In this document: one piece after another, positions 45,239 to 54,019 of the stretch | Position numbering within the stretch: position 1 is the stretch's first letter | Layout: the number at the start of each line of letters is the position of its first letter | NCBI GenBank assembly: GCA_963762015.1 | Contig: CAVXJL010000007.1 | Coordinates: 408-64,407 of the forward strand | Length of the DNA stretch: 64,000 bases | Source of the DNA: an uncultured Actinomycetota bacterium | GTDB lineage: Bacteria; Actinomycetota; UBA4738; HRBIN12 | Direction: 5' to 3' | The notes under the pieces: generated by a model | What the model was told of the DNA's origin: nothing | What the model saw: the letters and a program-made list of their open reading frames with translations, nothing else | Database searches by the model: none | Program-made: the position numbers and the translations under genes

Positions 45239-45882
45239 CAGTCCTGGAAGAAGACCGAGCGCGGCAACCGGCCGGCCTCGTCTTCGTGGGGCTCACGGGT
45301 GACGATCTGCAGGCCGAGCAGCTCCTCCGTGGTCCGACAGTGGGCGAGGGCGCTCATCGTGAAATGGGTGGGCCAATAGAACAGGATCTCCTCGGACTCC
45401 CAGGCCGACAGCAACGACCGCGGAGACGCCCACCAAGCTCTCGCCGCCTCGGCGCCGTCCGGGGTGGGAGCCGCCGCGCCGTCCATCCGGACGGCGTAGT
45501 ACCGCGCGTCGAAGCGAACCGGCACTTCCGCAGGCGCGATCCATCGGGCGACCTCCCGCAGACGCTCGGCCGGAGGCGGCGCATCGTTGATCGCGGCCAG
45601 GGGGCGAGCGCGATCGTCCGCGACGACGGCATCCCTGGCCACGGCGAGCCCCACCTCTTCGGCCAGTTCCCGGATCGCGGCAGCCCGGGACGCCTCCGTC
45701 CCGTCACCGAACCACCGCTCCGCGAGGGACGTGTCGGCCGGATCGACGGCACCGCCCGGGAAAGCCACGTACCCCGGGAGGAACCGATGGTCGAGGGTTC
45801 GTTCGATGACGAGCACCTCGGGTCCATCCGAGCCGTCGCGCACCCCGATGAGGGACGCCGCCTGCCGGATCTCCTCGCTCAC
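45238..45882 (-). CDS. NUDIX hydrolase
   Basis: GTG at 45882 (VSEEIRQAAS). Nudix box GGAVDPADTSLAERWFGDGTEASRAAAIRELAEEVG. The stop overlaps the MBL start by 1 nt. Confidence 0.75.
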   Translation of the reverse strand: MSEEIRQAASLIGVRDGSDGPEVLVIERTLDHRFLPGYVAFPGGAVDPADTSLAERWFGDGTEASRAAAIRELAEEVGLAVARDAVVADDRARPLAAINDAPPPAERLREVARWIAPAEVPVRFDARYYAVRMDGAAAPTPDGAEAARAWWASPRSLLSAWESEEILFYWPTHFTMSALAHCRTTEELLGLQIVTREPHEDEAGRLPRSVFFQD

Positions 45883-45921
45883 GGAACCCGATGCTACCCA
45901 CGAGCCCGTACGCTGAGGCTC

Positions 45922-46956
45922 GTGGATGCCCGCGACGCGGTCGCGAGCGCGATCCGGGACCACGGCCCGATCACGTTCGCCGAGTACATGGAGCTGGCGC
46001 TGTTCGGTCCCAGAGGCTTCTTCGAGCAGCCCCCCATCGGACCCGACGGCCATTTCGTGACCAGCCCCCATGTCCATCCGGTCTTCGCCGAGCTGCTCGC
46101 AAATGCGATCGTCGACCTGCACGCCCGGCTCGGCGAACCCCGTCCCTTCCTGGTGACCGAGGTAGGAGCCGGCGACGGGACGCTCGCCCGGCAGCTCGTG
46201 GAGCACCTGGGCGATCTGAACGTCGCGTACACGACCGTCGAGACGAGCCCGGGGGCTCGACGCGCGATCGAGACGATCCAAGGTGTCCGGGTCGCCGAGC
46301 GGCTGGATACCTCCCCACAGCTGATCCTGGCGAACGAGCTCATGGACAACCTGCCGTTTCGCCGTCTGCGTGGCACGGCTTCGGGGACGAAGGAGGTGTT
46401 GGTCGGGCTGGACGGGGAACGGCTCGTCGAACGCCTCGGCGATCCACCTCCCGGCGACTTCGTCGCCCTCGCCGATGGCGAGGAGGTCGTGCTCCCCGAA
46501 GGGGCGATCGCGTTCATCGAGGAGGTCGCCGCCCGGCTCGCCCACCCGGGCTACGCGATCCTGATCGACTACGGCGGGGTGGGCGAGCCGGGCGGCCCGC
46601 CCCACGGCTACCGGGCGCATCGGCCCGTGGAGGATCTCCTCGACCGGCCCGGCTCGACCGACATCACCTCCGGGGTCGACTTCGATCTCATGTCCAGACA
46701 TGCCGAAGCGCAGGGGCTGATCGCCTTTCCCAGCGTCACGCAGCGCCATGCGCTCACCACGCTGGGCTTCGACCGGTGGGTCCACGAACAGCTCCGCGAG
46801 CAAGCGGAGCTCCTCGACCGCCGGGAGGGACTCGAAGCCGTGAGGGCCTGGAGCGGGCGCAGCCGCGCCTCCTTGCTCGTAGATCCGTCCGCGCTCGGCC
46901 GCCTTCGATGGCTCGTCCTCGCGACGCCAGGCCTCACCGTGCCCTCCTGGGTCTGA
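45922..46956 (+). CDS. MidA/NDUFAF7-family (DUF185) SAM-dependent methyltransferase
   Basis: ITFAEYMELALFGPRGFF...HFVTSPHVHPVFAELLA, SAM motif VTEVGAGDGTLA, ANELMDNLPF, TDITSGVDF. Confidence 0.75.
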   Translation: MDARDAVASAIRDHGPITFAEYMELALFGPRGFFEQPPIGPDGHFVTSPHVHPVFAELLANAIVDLHARLGEPRPFLVTEVGAGDGTLARQLVEHLGDLNVAYTTVETSPGARRAIETIQGVRVAERLDTSPQLILANELMDNLPFRRLRGTASGTKEVLVGLDGERLVERLGDPPPGDFVALADGEEVVLPEGAIAFIEEVAARLAHPGYAILIDYGGVGEPGGPPHGYRAHRPVEDLLDRPGSTDITSGVDFDLMSRHAEAQGLIAFPSVTQRHALTTLGFDRWVHEQLREQAELLDRREGLEAVRAWSGRSRASLLVDPSALGRLRWLVLATPGLTVPSWV

Positions 46957-46968
46957 CCGAAATGGTCG

Positions 46969-47853
46969 TCAACCTGATTGACGAATACGCCCGCTCCACC
47001 GCACGAAGAGCCTGTACTGCAGCCAGAGGATCGAAGCGGTGAGCGCGAGCATCACGACCGTGGTCGCCGAGGCGTACCCGTAGCGCAGGTACTCGAACGC
47101 GTTGCGGTACGCGAACAAGGGAAGGTACGTCGTCGCGTACGGAGGCGGCCCGCCTTCCGTCACGATCAGGGCCGGCGCGAACGTCGCCTGGAGGCTGAGG
47201 ATCGTGTCCCGAGCCACGATGAGCAGCAAAGCGGGAGCCATCAGGGGAAGGGTGATCCGGATGAACCTCCCCCACGGGCCGGCTCCGCTGATCGCTGCGA
47301 TCTCGTAAAGCTCCTCACGCACCTGCCCCCGGGCGACGAGCGCGATCAGGAACCCCTCGCCCAGCTGGAACAGGCCCATGAGCACCACGCCCCAGCGGGT
47401 CGGTGTGGGCTGGGAGAACCACGCCGGCGTGGGGAGACCGGCGGCGCCCAACGCGAGGTTGAGTGGCCCGTGGAGAGGATTCAGGATCCAGAGCCAGAGC
47501 AGGGCGTATGCCGCGTCGGGGATCACCGTCGGGATGAGCACGGTGACGCGGCCGGCTGCCTGGAGACGCCCTCGTCGATGGAGGAGCAGCGCCAGTCCGA
47601 GCGCTCCGACGAGTCGCAAGGGCACTGCGGTCACCGCGTACCACAGCGAGTTCCGGAGGGAGATCCGGAAGACGGGATCGTCGATCAGCTCCCGGAAGTT
47701 GGCGAGTCCGACGTATCGGGGCGATCGCACGAGGTCCCATTCGGCGAGCGCCATCGAAAGCGACCCGAGCGCCGGAAGGAGGACCAGCCCGGAGACCCCG
47801 ACGACGAACGGCGTCGCCATGAGCCACAGGACACGGCGTTCCCCGGACTCCAT
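46969..47853 (-). CDS. Carbohydrate ABC transporter permease (MalF/UgpA-like)
   Basis: ATG at 47853. EAA-loop text EIAAISGAGPWGRFIRITLPLM. 6 TM. Confidence 0.85.
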   Translation of the reverse strand: MESGERRVLWLMATPFVVGVSGLVLLPALGSLSMALAEWDLVRSPRYVGLANFRELIDDPVFRISLRNSLWYAVTAVPLRLVGALGLALLLHRRGRLQAAGRVTVLIPTVIPDAAYALLWLWILNPLHGPLNLALGAAGLPTPAWFSQPTPTRWGVVLMGLFQLGEGFLIALVARGQVREELYEIAAISGAGPWGRFIRITLPLMAPALLLIVARDTILSLQATFAPALIVTEGGPPPYATTYLPLFAYRNAFEYLRYGYASATTVVMLALTASILWLQYRLFVRWSGRIRQSG

Positions 47854-49139
47854 CAGCCTTCCGCGCGAGCGAACTGATCTCGAGTCTGGGTCGCCAGCTC
47901 CACCGCGACCTCCACCGCCCGACCTCCGCCGTAGTAGGCCTCCTCGATCAACCCGTTGGCGGTGTCCTCGATCTCCGGCCACGTGGAGATGACGGGGACC
48001 GCCCGCAAGGACGGGATCTGATCCAGGAACACCTGCGCGTGGGCAGGGTCGGCGTCAGGATCGAGGAAGGCGTCGCTGGTCGCGACCGAGCGCAGCGACG
48101 GCACCGTGCGCCCAGCCTCTGAGGCGATGCGCTGACCCTCCGGTCCCAGGGCGAACTCCATGAAGCTCCATGCGGCATCTTTGTGGTCCGAGCCGGCGGT
48201 CATGCAGTAGGCATCTGAGTGCAGGACGGAAGCCAGCGAGCCGAACGACGGGAGGCCGGCCACGTCCCAGGCGAACCCATCGATCGTCCGGAACGTGGGA
48301 ACGACCCGCCGGGACTCCATCAGCATCGCCAGACGCCCGTTGATGAACCGGCTCTCGAGATCCTCCGACTCGGCTTCTTCATCCGTCGGCGTGACGCCGT
48401 CGACGGCGCGCAGATCGAAGAACCGCTGCATGGCGATGACGGCACGCGCGTCGAACGAGAAGCCCGTCGGGGACGACTCGTCGTCGACGAGCGTTCCCCC
48501 GTTCGACCACACGAACGGCGCGATGCGGATGATCTCCGGATCCACACCGAGGCCGTAGACGTCGATCGCCCCGTCCCTCTCGTCGTCCCGGGTGAGCTGT
48601 TCCGCAGCGCCCACCATGTCGTCCCAGCTCCAGCCGTCCTTCGGCAGCGCGACGTCGGCGGCCTCGAAGAGATCGGCGTTGTAATAGATGACCAGGCTCG
48701 AGACGTTCTGCGGGAGGCACATCTGCTCGCCGTCCCATTCGAAGGGCGTCATCGCGGTGTCGAAGAAGTCCTCCGATGAGAACGCATCTGCATCACGGAG
48801 ATACGGCCCGACGGGTTCCAGCGCGCCGCGAGCGGCGAACTGGCCGTAGTACCGGTAGTTCATGAGGAACAGGTCGGGGGGCTCGCCCCCGGCGACCGAT
48901 GTGGAGAGCCGAGCGATCAGCTCATCCCGTTCTGCGAAGGGGAGAAGCTCCGCGTCGATCTCATCCTGCGACGCGTCGAACGCATCGACGACGGCACGAT
49001 AGGCCTCGATCTCCTCCGGATCGCCGGCCACCATCACGGTGATCCTCGAGTGTTGATCGCCCGACCCGGCTCCACAACCCATCGCGACTACGACGAAGAC
49101 GACGACCAAGGCCGATCGGAGTCTCAGCTTTCCTCCCAT
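47853..49139 (-). CDS. Carbohydrate ABC transporter substrate-binding lipoprotein
   Basis: ATG at 49139. Lipobox VVAMGC. Family-1 SBP text (ITVMVAGDPEE..., PPDLFLMNYRYYGQFA). Confidence 0.85.
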   Translation of the reverse strand: MGGKLRLRSALVVVFVVVAMGCGAGSGDQHSRITVMVAGDPEEIEAYRAVVDAFDASQDEIDAELLPFAERDELIARLSTSVAGGEPPDLFLMNYRYYGQFAARGALEPVGPYLRDADAFSSEDFFDTAMTPFEWDGEQMCLPQNVSSLVIYYNADLFEAADVALPKDGWSWDDMVGAAEQLTRDDERDGAIDVYGLGVDPEIIRIAPFVWSNGGTLVDDESSPTGFSFDARAVIAMQRFFDLRAVDGVTPTDEEAESEDLESRFINGRLAMLMESRRVVPTFRTIDGFAWDVAGLPSFGSLASVLHSDAYCMTAGSDHKDAAWSFMEFALGPEGQRIASEAGRTVPSLRSVATSDAFLDPDADPAHAQVFLDQIPSLRAVPVISTWPEIEDTANGLIEEAYYGGGRAVEVAVELATQTRDQFARAEG

Positions 49140-49963
49140 CACCACCTCCTGGAGAAGACGAAACGTTGCGCGACGAATGCCGTTACCAGCACGGGCGCGA
49201 TCGCGAACATCGCCGCCGCCAGCATCAGTCCCTGGTCGGTCGGCGGGAGCTCTGCGAGCGAAGCGATACCCAGCGGAAGCGTGAACCAGCGCTCGTCGTA
49301 GATGTACATGAGCGGATCCAGGAAGTTTCCCCACGTGATCATGAACGCGACCGCTGCCGCCACTCCGACGACCTCTATCCGAAGCGGCATCGCCACGTGC
49401 CACCACGTCCGGAAGGGACCGAGGCCTGCCTCCCGAGCGAGGTCGTAGATCTCGCGCGGGATCGTGAAGTAGCTCCATGCGAACAGGAGGACGAGCAGAG
49501 GCGAGACACCGATCAGCGCCGGGGCCATCAGCGGCACCGGCGTGTCGGTGAGCCCGGACAGACGGAACAGCACGAGCCGGCCCACCAACAGTGCGGTCAG
49601 GGGGATCATCGCGGCGACCAGGGTGATGCCGAGGAGGAACAGCGCTGCTCGCCGGGGCAGCCGGGCGATCGCGAACCCGGCCCACGACGCGACGAGGGTC
49701 CCGGCCGGCACGGAGATCGCCGCCACGAGGAGCGAGTTGAGGGTCTGCCGGCGGAGGGAGGTGCTTCCCACCAGCTCCCCGTAGTTCGAGAGATCTGCTT
49801 CCGCTGGATACAGATCGATCGTGGTGGGTGGCGGCGTCCCTACCGGCCGGAGCGAACCGAGGAAGGCGAGCACGGATGGCGCCAGGAAGACTGCCAAGAC
49901 GAGGAGCACGCCGACCGTCGAGATCCCCGAGCGACGGTGATCTCGGATGGCCGGCCCTCCCAT
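49139..49963 (-). CDS. Carbohydrate ABC transporter permease (MalG/UgpE-like)
   Basis: 274 aa. EAA-loop text DLAREAGLGPFRTWWHVAMPL. Confidence 0.85.
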   Translation of the reverse strand: MGGPAIRDHRRSGISTVGVLLVLAVFLAPSVLAFLGSLRPVGTPPPTTIDLYPAEADLSNYGELVGSTSLRRQTLNSLLVAAISVPAGTLVASWAGFAIARLPRRAALFLLGITLVAAMIPLTALLVGRLVLFRLSGLTDTPVPLMAPALIGVSPLLVLLFAWSYFTIPREIYDLAREAGLGPFRTWWHVAMPLRIEVVGVAAAVAFMITWGNFLDPLMYIYDERWFTLPLGIASLAELPPTDQGLMLAAAMFAIAPVLVTAFVAQRFVFSRRW

Positions 49964-50088
49964 CGAGGGCAGCGTACCCTCGCGCCCACCTAGTTCCGGG
50001 GTGGCGCGACCTCAGGTGGCAGGGCTACGATTCACCATCCTTCAGACCGCTGGCACTGGCCGGGTCGCCCGGCCGTTGGGAGGGAACG

Positions 50089-51540
50089 ATGCACGCAAGG
50101 ACCGTGTCGGGTCTCATCACCGTGTTCGCGATGATCGTCGTGGCATCCGCCGTGACGCTGGCCGTGACGGCGCCGAGTGGCCTCCGATTTCCGGCTCGCG
50201 CTCCCGGCGGCGCCGAGGAGCGGTTGGAGCAACAGCTCACCACACAGCTCCGGATGGACGCCCTGCGTGCGGCGAAGGCCAACGGCACGTTCGGCCAACG
50301 CCAGCAGGTCGTCTTGGCCGCAGCGGCCGGATGGGCCGGCGAGCAAGTGATGAATGCCACGACCGATGACTGGGAGCCTGCGATCGCGGCCGATCCCAGT
50401 GCGCCGTTCGTCTACATGCTCACGACCCGTTACGCGCCCAAGCCGTGCCCCGGCAACTGCCCGTCACCCTGGACGGCGCTCGAGATCTCGTCCGACGGCG
50501 GGGCCACCTGGAGCCAGGGCGTTCCCCTGTGCCCCTGCAAGGGCTCCGCGCAGTACGACCCAATCATCGAGGTCGTCCCGAACACCGGGCACGTCTACGC
50601 CCTCTACATGAACGGCTTCGATACCGTCTTCACGAAGTCGACGAACCACGGCCAGACCTGGTCGACCCCCGTGCCGACATACGGAAGGGTCTCGTGGACC
50701 GACAAGCCGGTGCTCGCGACGAGCAACGATGGCCAGCACGTCTACGTGTCGTGGAACGGGCCGAACGCCGGCGACCCGTACGTCGCGCAGTCCCACAACG
50801 CGGGTGCCACCTGGACCCAGACGAAGCTCGTCGATGGCCCGAGGTACTTCTTCGCCTACGACGCGGACGTCCTGCCCAACGGCACCGTGGTGTTCTCGGA
50901 AAGCAGCATCCTCTACGGCGGTCAGGGCTCGACGCCGTCGGGCCAGGTCCAGCACCACGCGTTCGTTTCGTCGAACCAGGGTGCCTCCTGGCAGAACGTC
51001 GTCGTGGATTCCGTGGAGATCGGCGAGTCGTGCGTGGCGGCCGGGTGCTCTTCGGACTTCTACATCGGACACAGCGGCATCTCCGCCGACGCGGTAGGGA
51101 ACCTCGTGATGGTCTACGATGGGGCAACGACGCCGGGGGGCAAGCAGCTGGCCTTCTCTCGGCGCTCGACGAACGGCGGCTTGACGTGGTCGGCTCGCAC
51201 GACACTGTCGACACCCACCGAGCAGTCCACCGGCCCCGTCGTCGAGTCCGGTGCGAGCGGCGATGTGCGCGTGTGGTTCGCACAGACCAACGGAGGGAAC
51301 CACGACGCCTGGAACATCTGGTATCGGAGCTCGGTCGACGGCGGGGTGACCTGGGTGGCGCCCGTCAACATCTCCGATGCGACCTCGGGCGCCGCCTACA
51401 AGTCGGCCGCCGGGTTCCAGGAGTTCTACGGCGACTACGGCGAGATCGCGATCACCAACACCGGGAAGACGATCGGGGTGTGGGGCGAGGCGTTCAGCTA
51501 CACCGGGCCTGGAGGGGCCTGGTTCAACCGGCAGACCTAG
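50089..51540 (+). CDS. Secreted BNR/Asp-box repeat beta-propeller (sialidase-like fold)
   Basis: ATG at 50089 after GGGAGGGA. N-terminal signal/TM. Six Asp-box-like motifs: SSDGGATW, STNHGQTW, SHNAGATW, SSNQGASW, STNGGLTW, SVDGGVTW. Confidence 0.75.
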   Translation: MHARTVSGLITVFAMIVVASAVTLAVTAPSGLRFPARAPGGAEERLEQQLTTQLRMDALRAAKANGTFGQRQQVVLAAAAGWAGEQVMNATTDDWEPAIAADPSAPFVYMLTTRYAPKPCPGNCPSPWTALEISSDGGATWSQGVPLCPCKGSAQYDPIIEVVPNTGHVYALYMNGFDTVFTKSTNHGQTWSTPVPTYGRVSWTDKPVLATSNDGQHVYVSWNGPNAGDPYVAQSHNAGATWTQTKLVDGPRYFFAYDADVLPNGTVVFSESSILYGGQGSTPSGQVQHHAFVSSNQGASWQNVVVDSVEIGESCVAAGCSSDFYIGHSGISADAVGNLVMVYDGATTPGGKQLAFSRRSTNGGLTWSARTTLSTPTEQSTGPVVESGASGDVRVWFAQTNGGNHDAWNIWYRSSVDGGVTWVAPVNISDATSGAAYKSAAGFQEFYGDYGEIAITNTGKTIGVWGEAFSYTGPGGAWFNRQT

Positions 51541-52684
51541 AGCGCTCCGAAGCCCAGTCCGAGAACTCTTCCTTCACGGCGAGCTCGTCGGGCTCCTCGA
51601 CCTCCGCGAGCCGACGGAGCTCGGCGGCGGCAGCGACCGCGGCCTTCTCGGCTGCCGCCTGGTCGCGGAGCATCTGCGCGTACTCGGCCTGCGGGATGTA
51701 CACGGGCGTGGGGTAGTTCGAGTTGAGCGGCGGCGGTTCGGGTCTGGTCCTCTTGGGAGGTCCGTCGGAGGCTTCGGGATCGCCGATCGGCACCTCGACC
51801 AGCTCCGGGGTTCGATCGCGTCGGGAGCGCCGACCCGATCGGCGTGACTCGGTGGGGTCGACGTCGGGCGCGTCCTCCTGTACGACGGTGCCTTCCGGCG
51901 TGAGGCGAACCGCCTTCAGGGCGGCGCGCAATGCCTTCCGCTCACCACGCTGCTCTTTCCGTGTCGCACCCTCCGGCAGCGGATCGGGGGCGCGGGGTGC
52001 CGAGATCGGTGCCGAGATCTGTTCGGGGGCGGGCGGTGCCGAGACCTGTTCGGGTTCAGGCGTTCCCTCCGGCGTGAGCCGAACGGCCTTCAACGCTTGA
52101 CGCAGTTCCTTCCGCTCGCTCCGCTGCTCCTTCCTCGTGGGCTGGCCCGATCGCGCGTCGGCAGCCGGAAGGACCGGCACCGCGGGCTTCGGGAGATCTC
52201 CTCCCACGGCGCGCTCCTGGAGTCGATTCAGTTGATCGGCGGCGGAGAGCTCCTGCCCTTCGTCGCCGTACGGATCGAGCTCCGCGGGATCGAGGGTCCC
52301 GGGAAGGGTGATGCGCTGTTCGTCCTGGAGGACGAGAAGGATCCGTGCCTCGTTGTGACTCCGCTCGCCCATGAAGCCACTGACCAGATCCCAACCGAAC
52401 CGCTTGGTCCGAACGACGCTGACGATTGAGACGGCCTCGCGGGTCAACAGGAGGCCCGGTTTCGTCATGCGGAACACGAACAAGGTGGCTCCGAGCATGA
52501 CGAGGGCGCCGGCTGCACGCATCGGAGTCGACATCGGGGCGAGGAGGAACATGAGGGCGAGACCCATAGGGATCAACGCGTAGAGCTGCGACTCCAGGCG
52601 CCAGCCGCGAGCCCAGACTTCGAGCGATCCGTCATCCGCGAGGCGGGTGCGGAACGAGCCAACCTGTTCGGTCTCGGTATTCAT
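51524..52684 (-). CDS. Hypothetical membrane protein with PH-like N-terminal module and an internally duplicated basic segment
   Basis: 386 aa. Two TM helices followed by a bacterial-PH-like stretch, then the duplicated 26-aa unit TRKEQRSERKELRQALKAVRLTPEGT / TRKEQRGERKALRAALKAVRLTPEGT. Confidence 0.55.
   Translation of the reverse strand: MNTETEQVGSFRTRLADDGSLEVWARGWRLESQLYALIPMGLALMFLLAPMSTPMRAAGALVMLGATLFVFRMTKPGLLLTREAVSIVSVVRTKRFGWDLVSGFMGERSHNEARILLVLQDEQRITLPGTLDPAELDPYGDEGQELSAADQLNRLQERAVGGDLPKPAVPVLPAADARSGQPTRKEQRSERKELRQALKAVRLTPEGTPEPEQVSAPPAPEQISAPISAPRAPDPLPEGATRKEQRGERKALRAALKAVRLTPEGTVVQEDAPDVDPTESRRSGRRSRRDRTPELVEVPIGDPEASDGPPKRTRPEPPPLNSNYPTPVYIPQAEYAQMLRDQAAAEKAAVAAAAELRRLAEVEEPDELAVKEEFSDWASERSRSAG
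51888..52142. repeat. Two imperfect direct repeats of about 78 bp (in-frame, coding)
   Basis: About 51888-51967 and about 52063-52142. They encode the duplicated 26-aa unit of the minus-strand gene. Confidence 0.8.
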
Positions 52685-52734
52685 CCCCGGCTAGGTATCG
52701 GCCGGAAACCGACCGGGGTTGAGCGTGCCGGAGG

Positions 52735-53925
52735 CTATCTGTCGACGTCGCCGACGACGAAGAAGATCGAGCCGAGGATCGCGATCAGGTCCGGGACCAA
52801 CGTGCCCGGGAGCATCGCGGGGATCACGCTCACGTTGGAGAACGAAGCCGTCCTCATCTTGAGCCGATAGGGCTGCTTCTTGCCATCTCCGACGAGGTAG
52901 TAGCCCATCAGGCCGAGGGGATTCTCGGTCCGGACGTAGATCTCGCCCTCCATCTTCAGGGTCTTCGGGAGCTTCGGCGCCCGGAACTCACCCGGTGGAA
53001 GGCGGTCCATGCACTGCTCGATGATGTTGCAGGACTGCTTCATCCGCTCGACGAGAACCCAGAGGCGGTCGTAGCAGTCCCCCTTGAGTCCGACCGGCAC
53101 CTCGAACTCGACCTCGCCGTACTTCTCGTAAGGCTCGTCCTTCCGAGGATCCATCGCCACGCCGCTCGCCTGGAGCACCGGTCCGGACGTTCCGTAGGCG
53201 ATGGCCATCTCGGCCGGGAGGAGCCCGACGTCTCGGGTACGGGCGTAGATGATCTCGTTGCCCATGATCAGGGTCTCGAACTCGCCGATCCGCTTCCGCG
53301 TTTCGGCGAGCACTTCTGCCGAGCGCTTCAGGAAGCCACGGGGGAGGTCGTCCTTCAACCCACCGACCCGGCAGTACGAATGATGCATCCTCGCTCCGGT
53401 GGCGGACTCCATCAGATCCTGGATCATCTCGCGCTCGCGGAACGCGTAGAAGATCGGGGTCATCGCGCCGAGCTCGAGCGGATAGGAGCCGCTGAACATC
53501 AGGTGGCTCAGGATCCGGTTCCACTCGGCGAACATCGTCCGGATCCACTGGGCCCGCTCGGGCACCTCGATGCCCGCGAGCCGCTCGACGGCGATCGTCC
53601 AACCGAGTTCGTTGTTGAAGGCGCTGATCCAGTCGTGCCGGTTCATCAAGACGAGGACCTGACGCGCGTCGCGATACTCGGCCAGCTTCTCGGCGGCGCG
53701 GTGCATGTACCCGATGACCGGTTCCGCCCTGGTGATCACCTCGCCGTCGAGCTCGAGGATCACGCGAAGAACCCCATGCGTCGAGGGGTGCTGGGGGCCG
53801 ATGTTGAGGATCATCTCCTCGGTGGAGAACTCCCCGCTGGGAACCACCTCGACGTCGAGCCCGCCGCCCCGGATCATCGACGCGACCTGGGAGCTCTCGA
53901 ACGCGGCCTGCTCGCGGATGTCCAT
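52735..53925 (-). CDS. nuoD: NADH-quinone oxidoreductase subunit D homolog, isolated from any other nuo gene
   Basis: 396 aa. NIGPQHPSTHGVLR, IGYMHRAAEKL and C-terminal ...FFVVGDVDR. No nuoA/B/C/E... is adjacent. Confidence 0.85.
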   Translation of the reverse strand: MDIREQAAFESSQVASMIRGGGLDVEVVPSGEFSTEEMILNIGPQHPSTHGVLRVILELDGEVITRAEPVIGYMHRAAEKLAEYRDARQVLVLMNRHDWISAFNNELGWTIAVERLAGIEVPERAQWIRTMFAEWNRILSHLMFSGSYPLELGAMTPIFYAFREREMIQDLMESATGARMHHSYCRVGGLKDDLPRGFLKRSAEVLAETRKRIGEFETLIMGNEIIYARTRDVGLLPAEMAIAYGTSGPVLQASGVAMDPRKDEPYEKYGEVEFEVPVGLKGDCYDRLWVLVERMKQSCNIIEQCMDRLPPGEFRAPKLPKTLKMEGEIYVRTENPLGLMGYYLVGDGKKQPYRLKMRTASFSNVSVIPAMLPGTLVPDLIAILGSIFFVVGDVDR

Positions 53926-54019
53926 CCGCGCGTCATCCTAGCGGAGGCGCATCGGAACCAGTCCCCGCACTCCTGGCATCGATCGGAGGTGCCGCAGCCG
54001 AGGCGATAGGCTCCCGACG

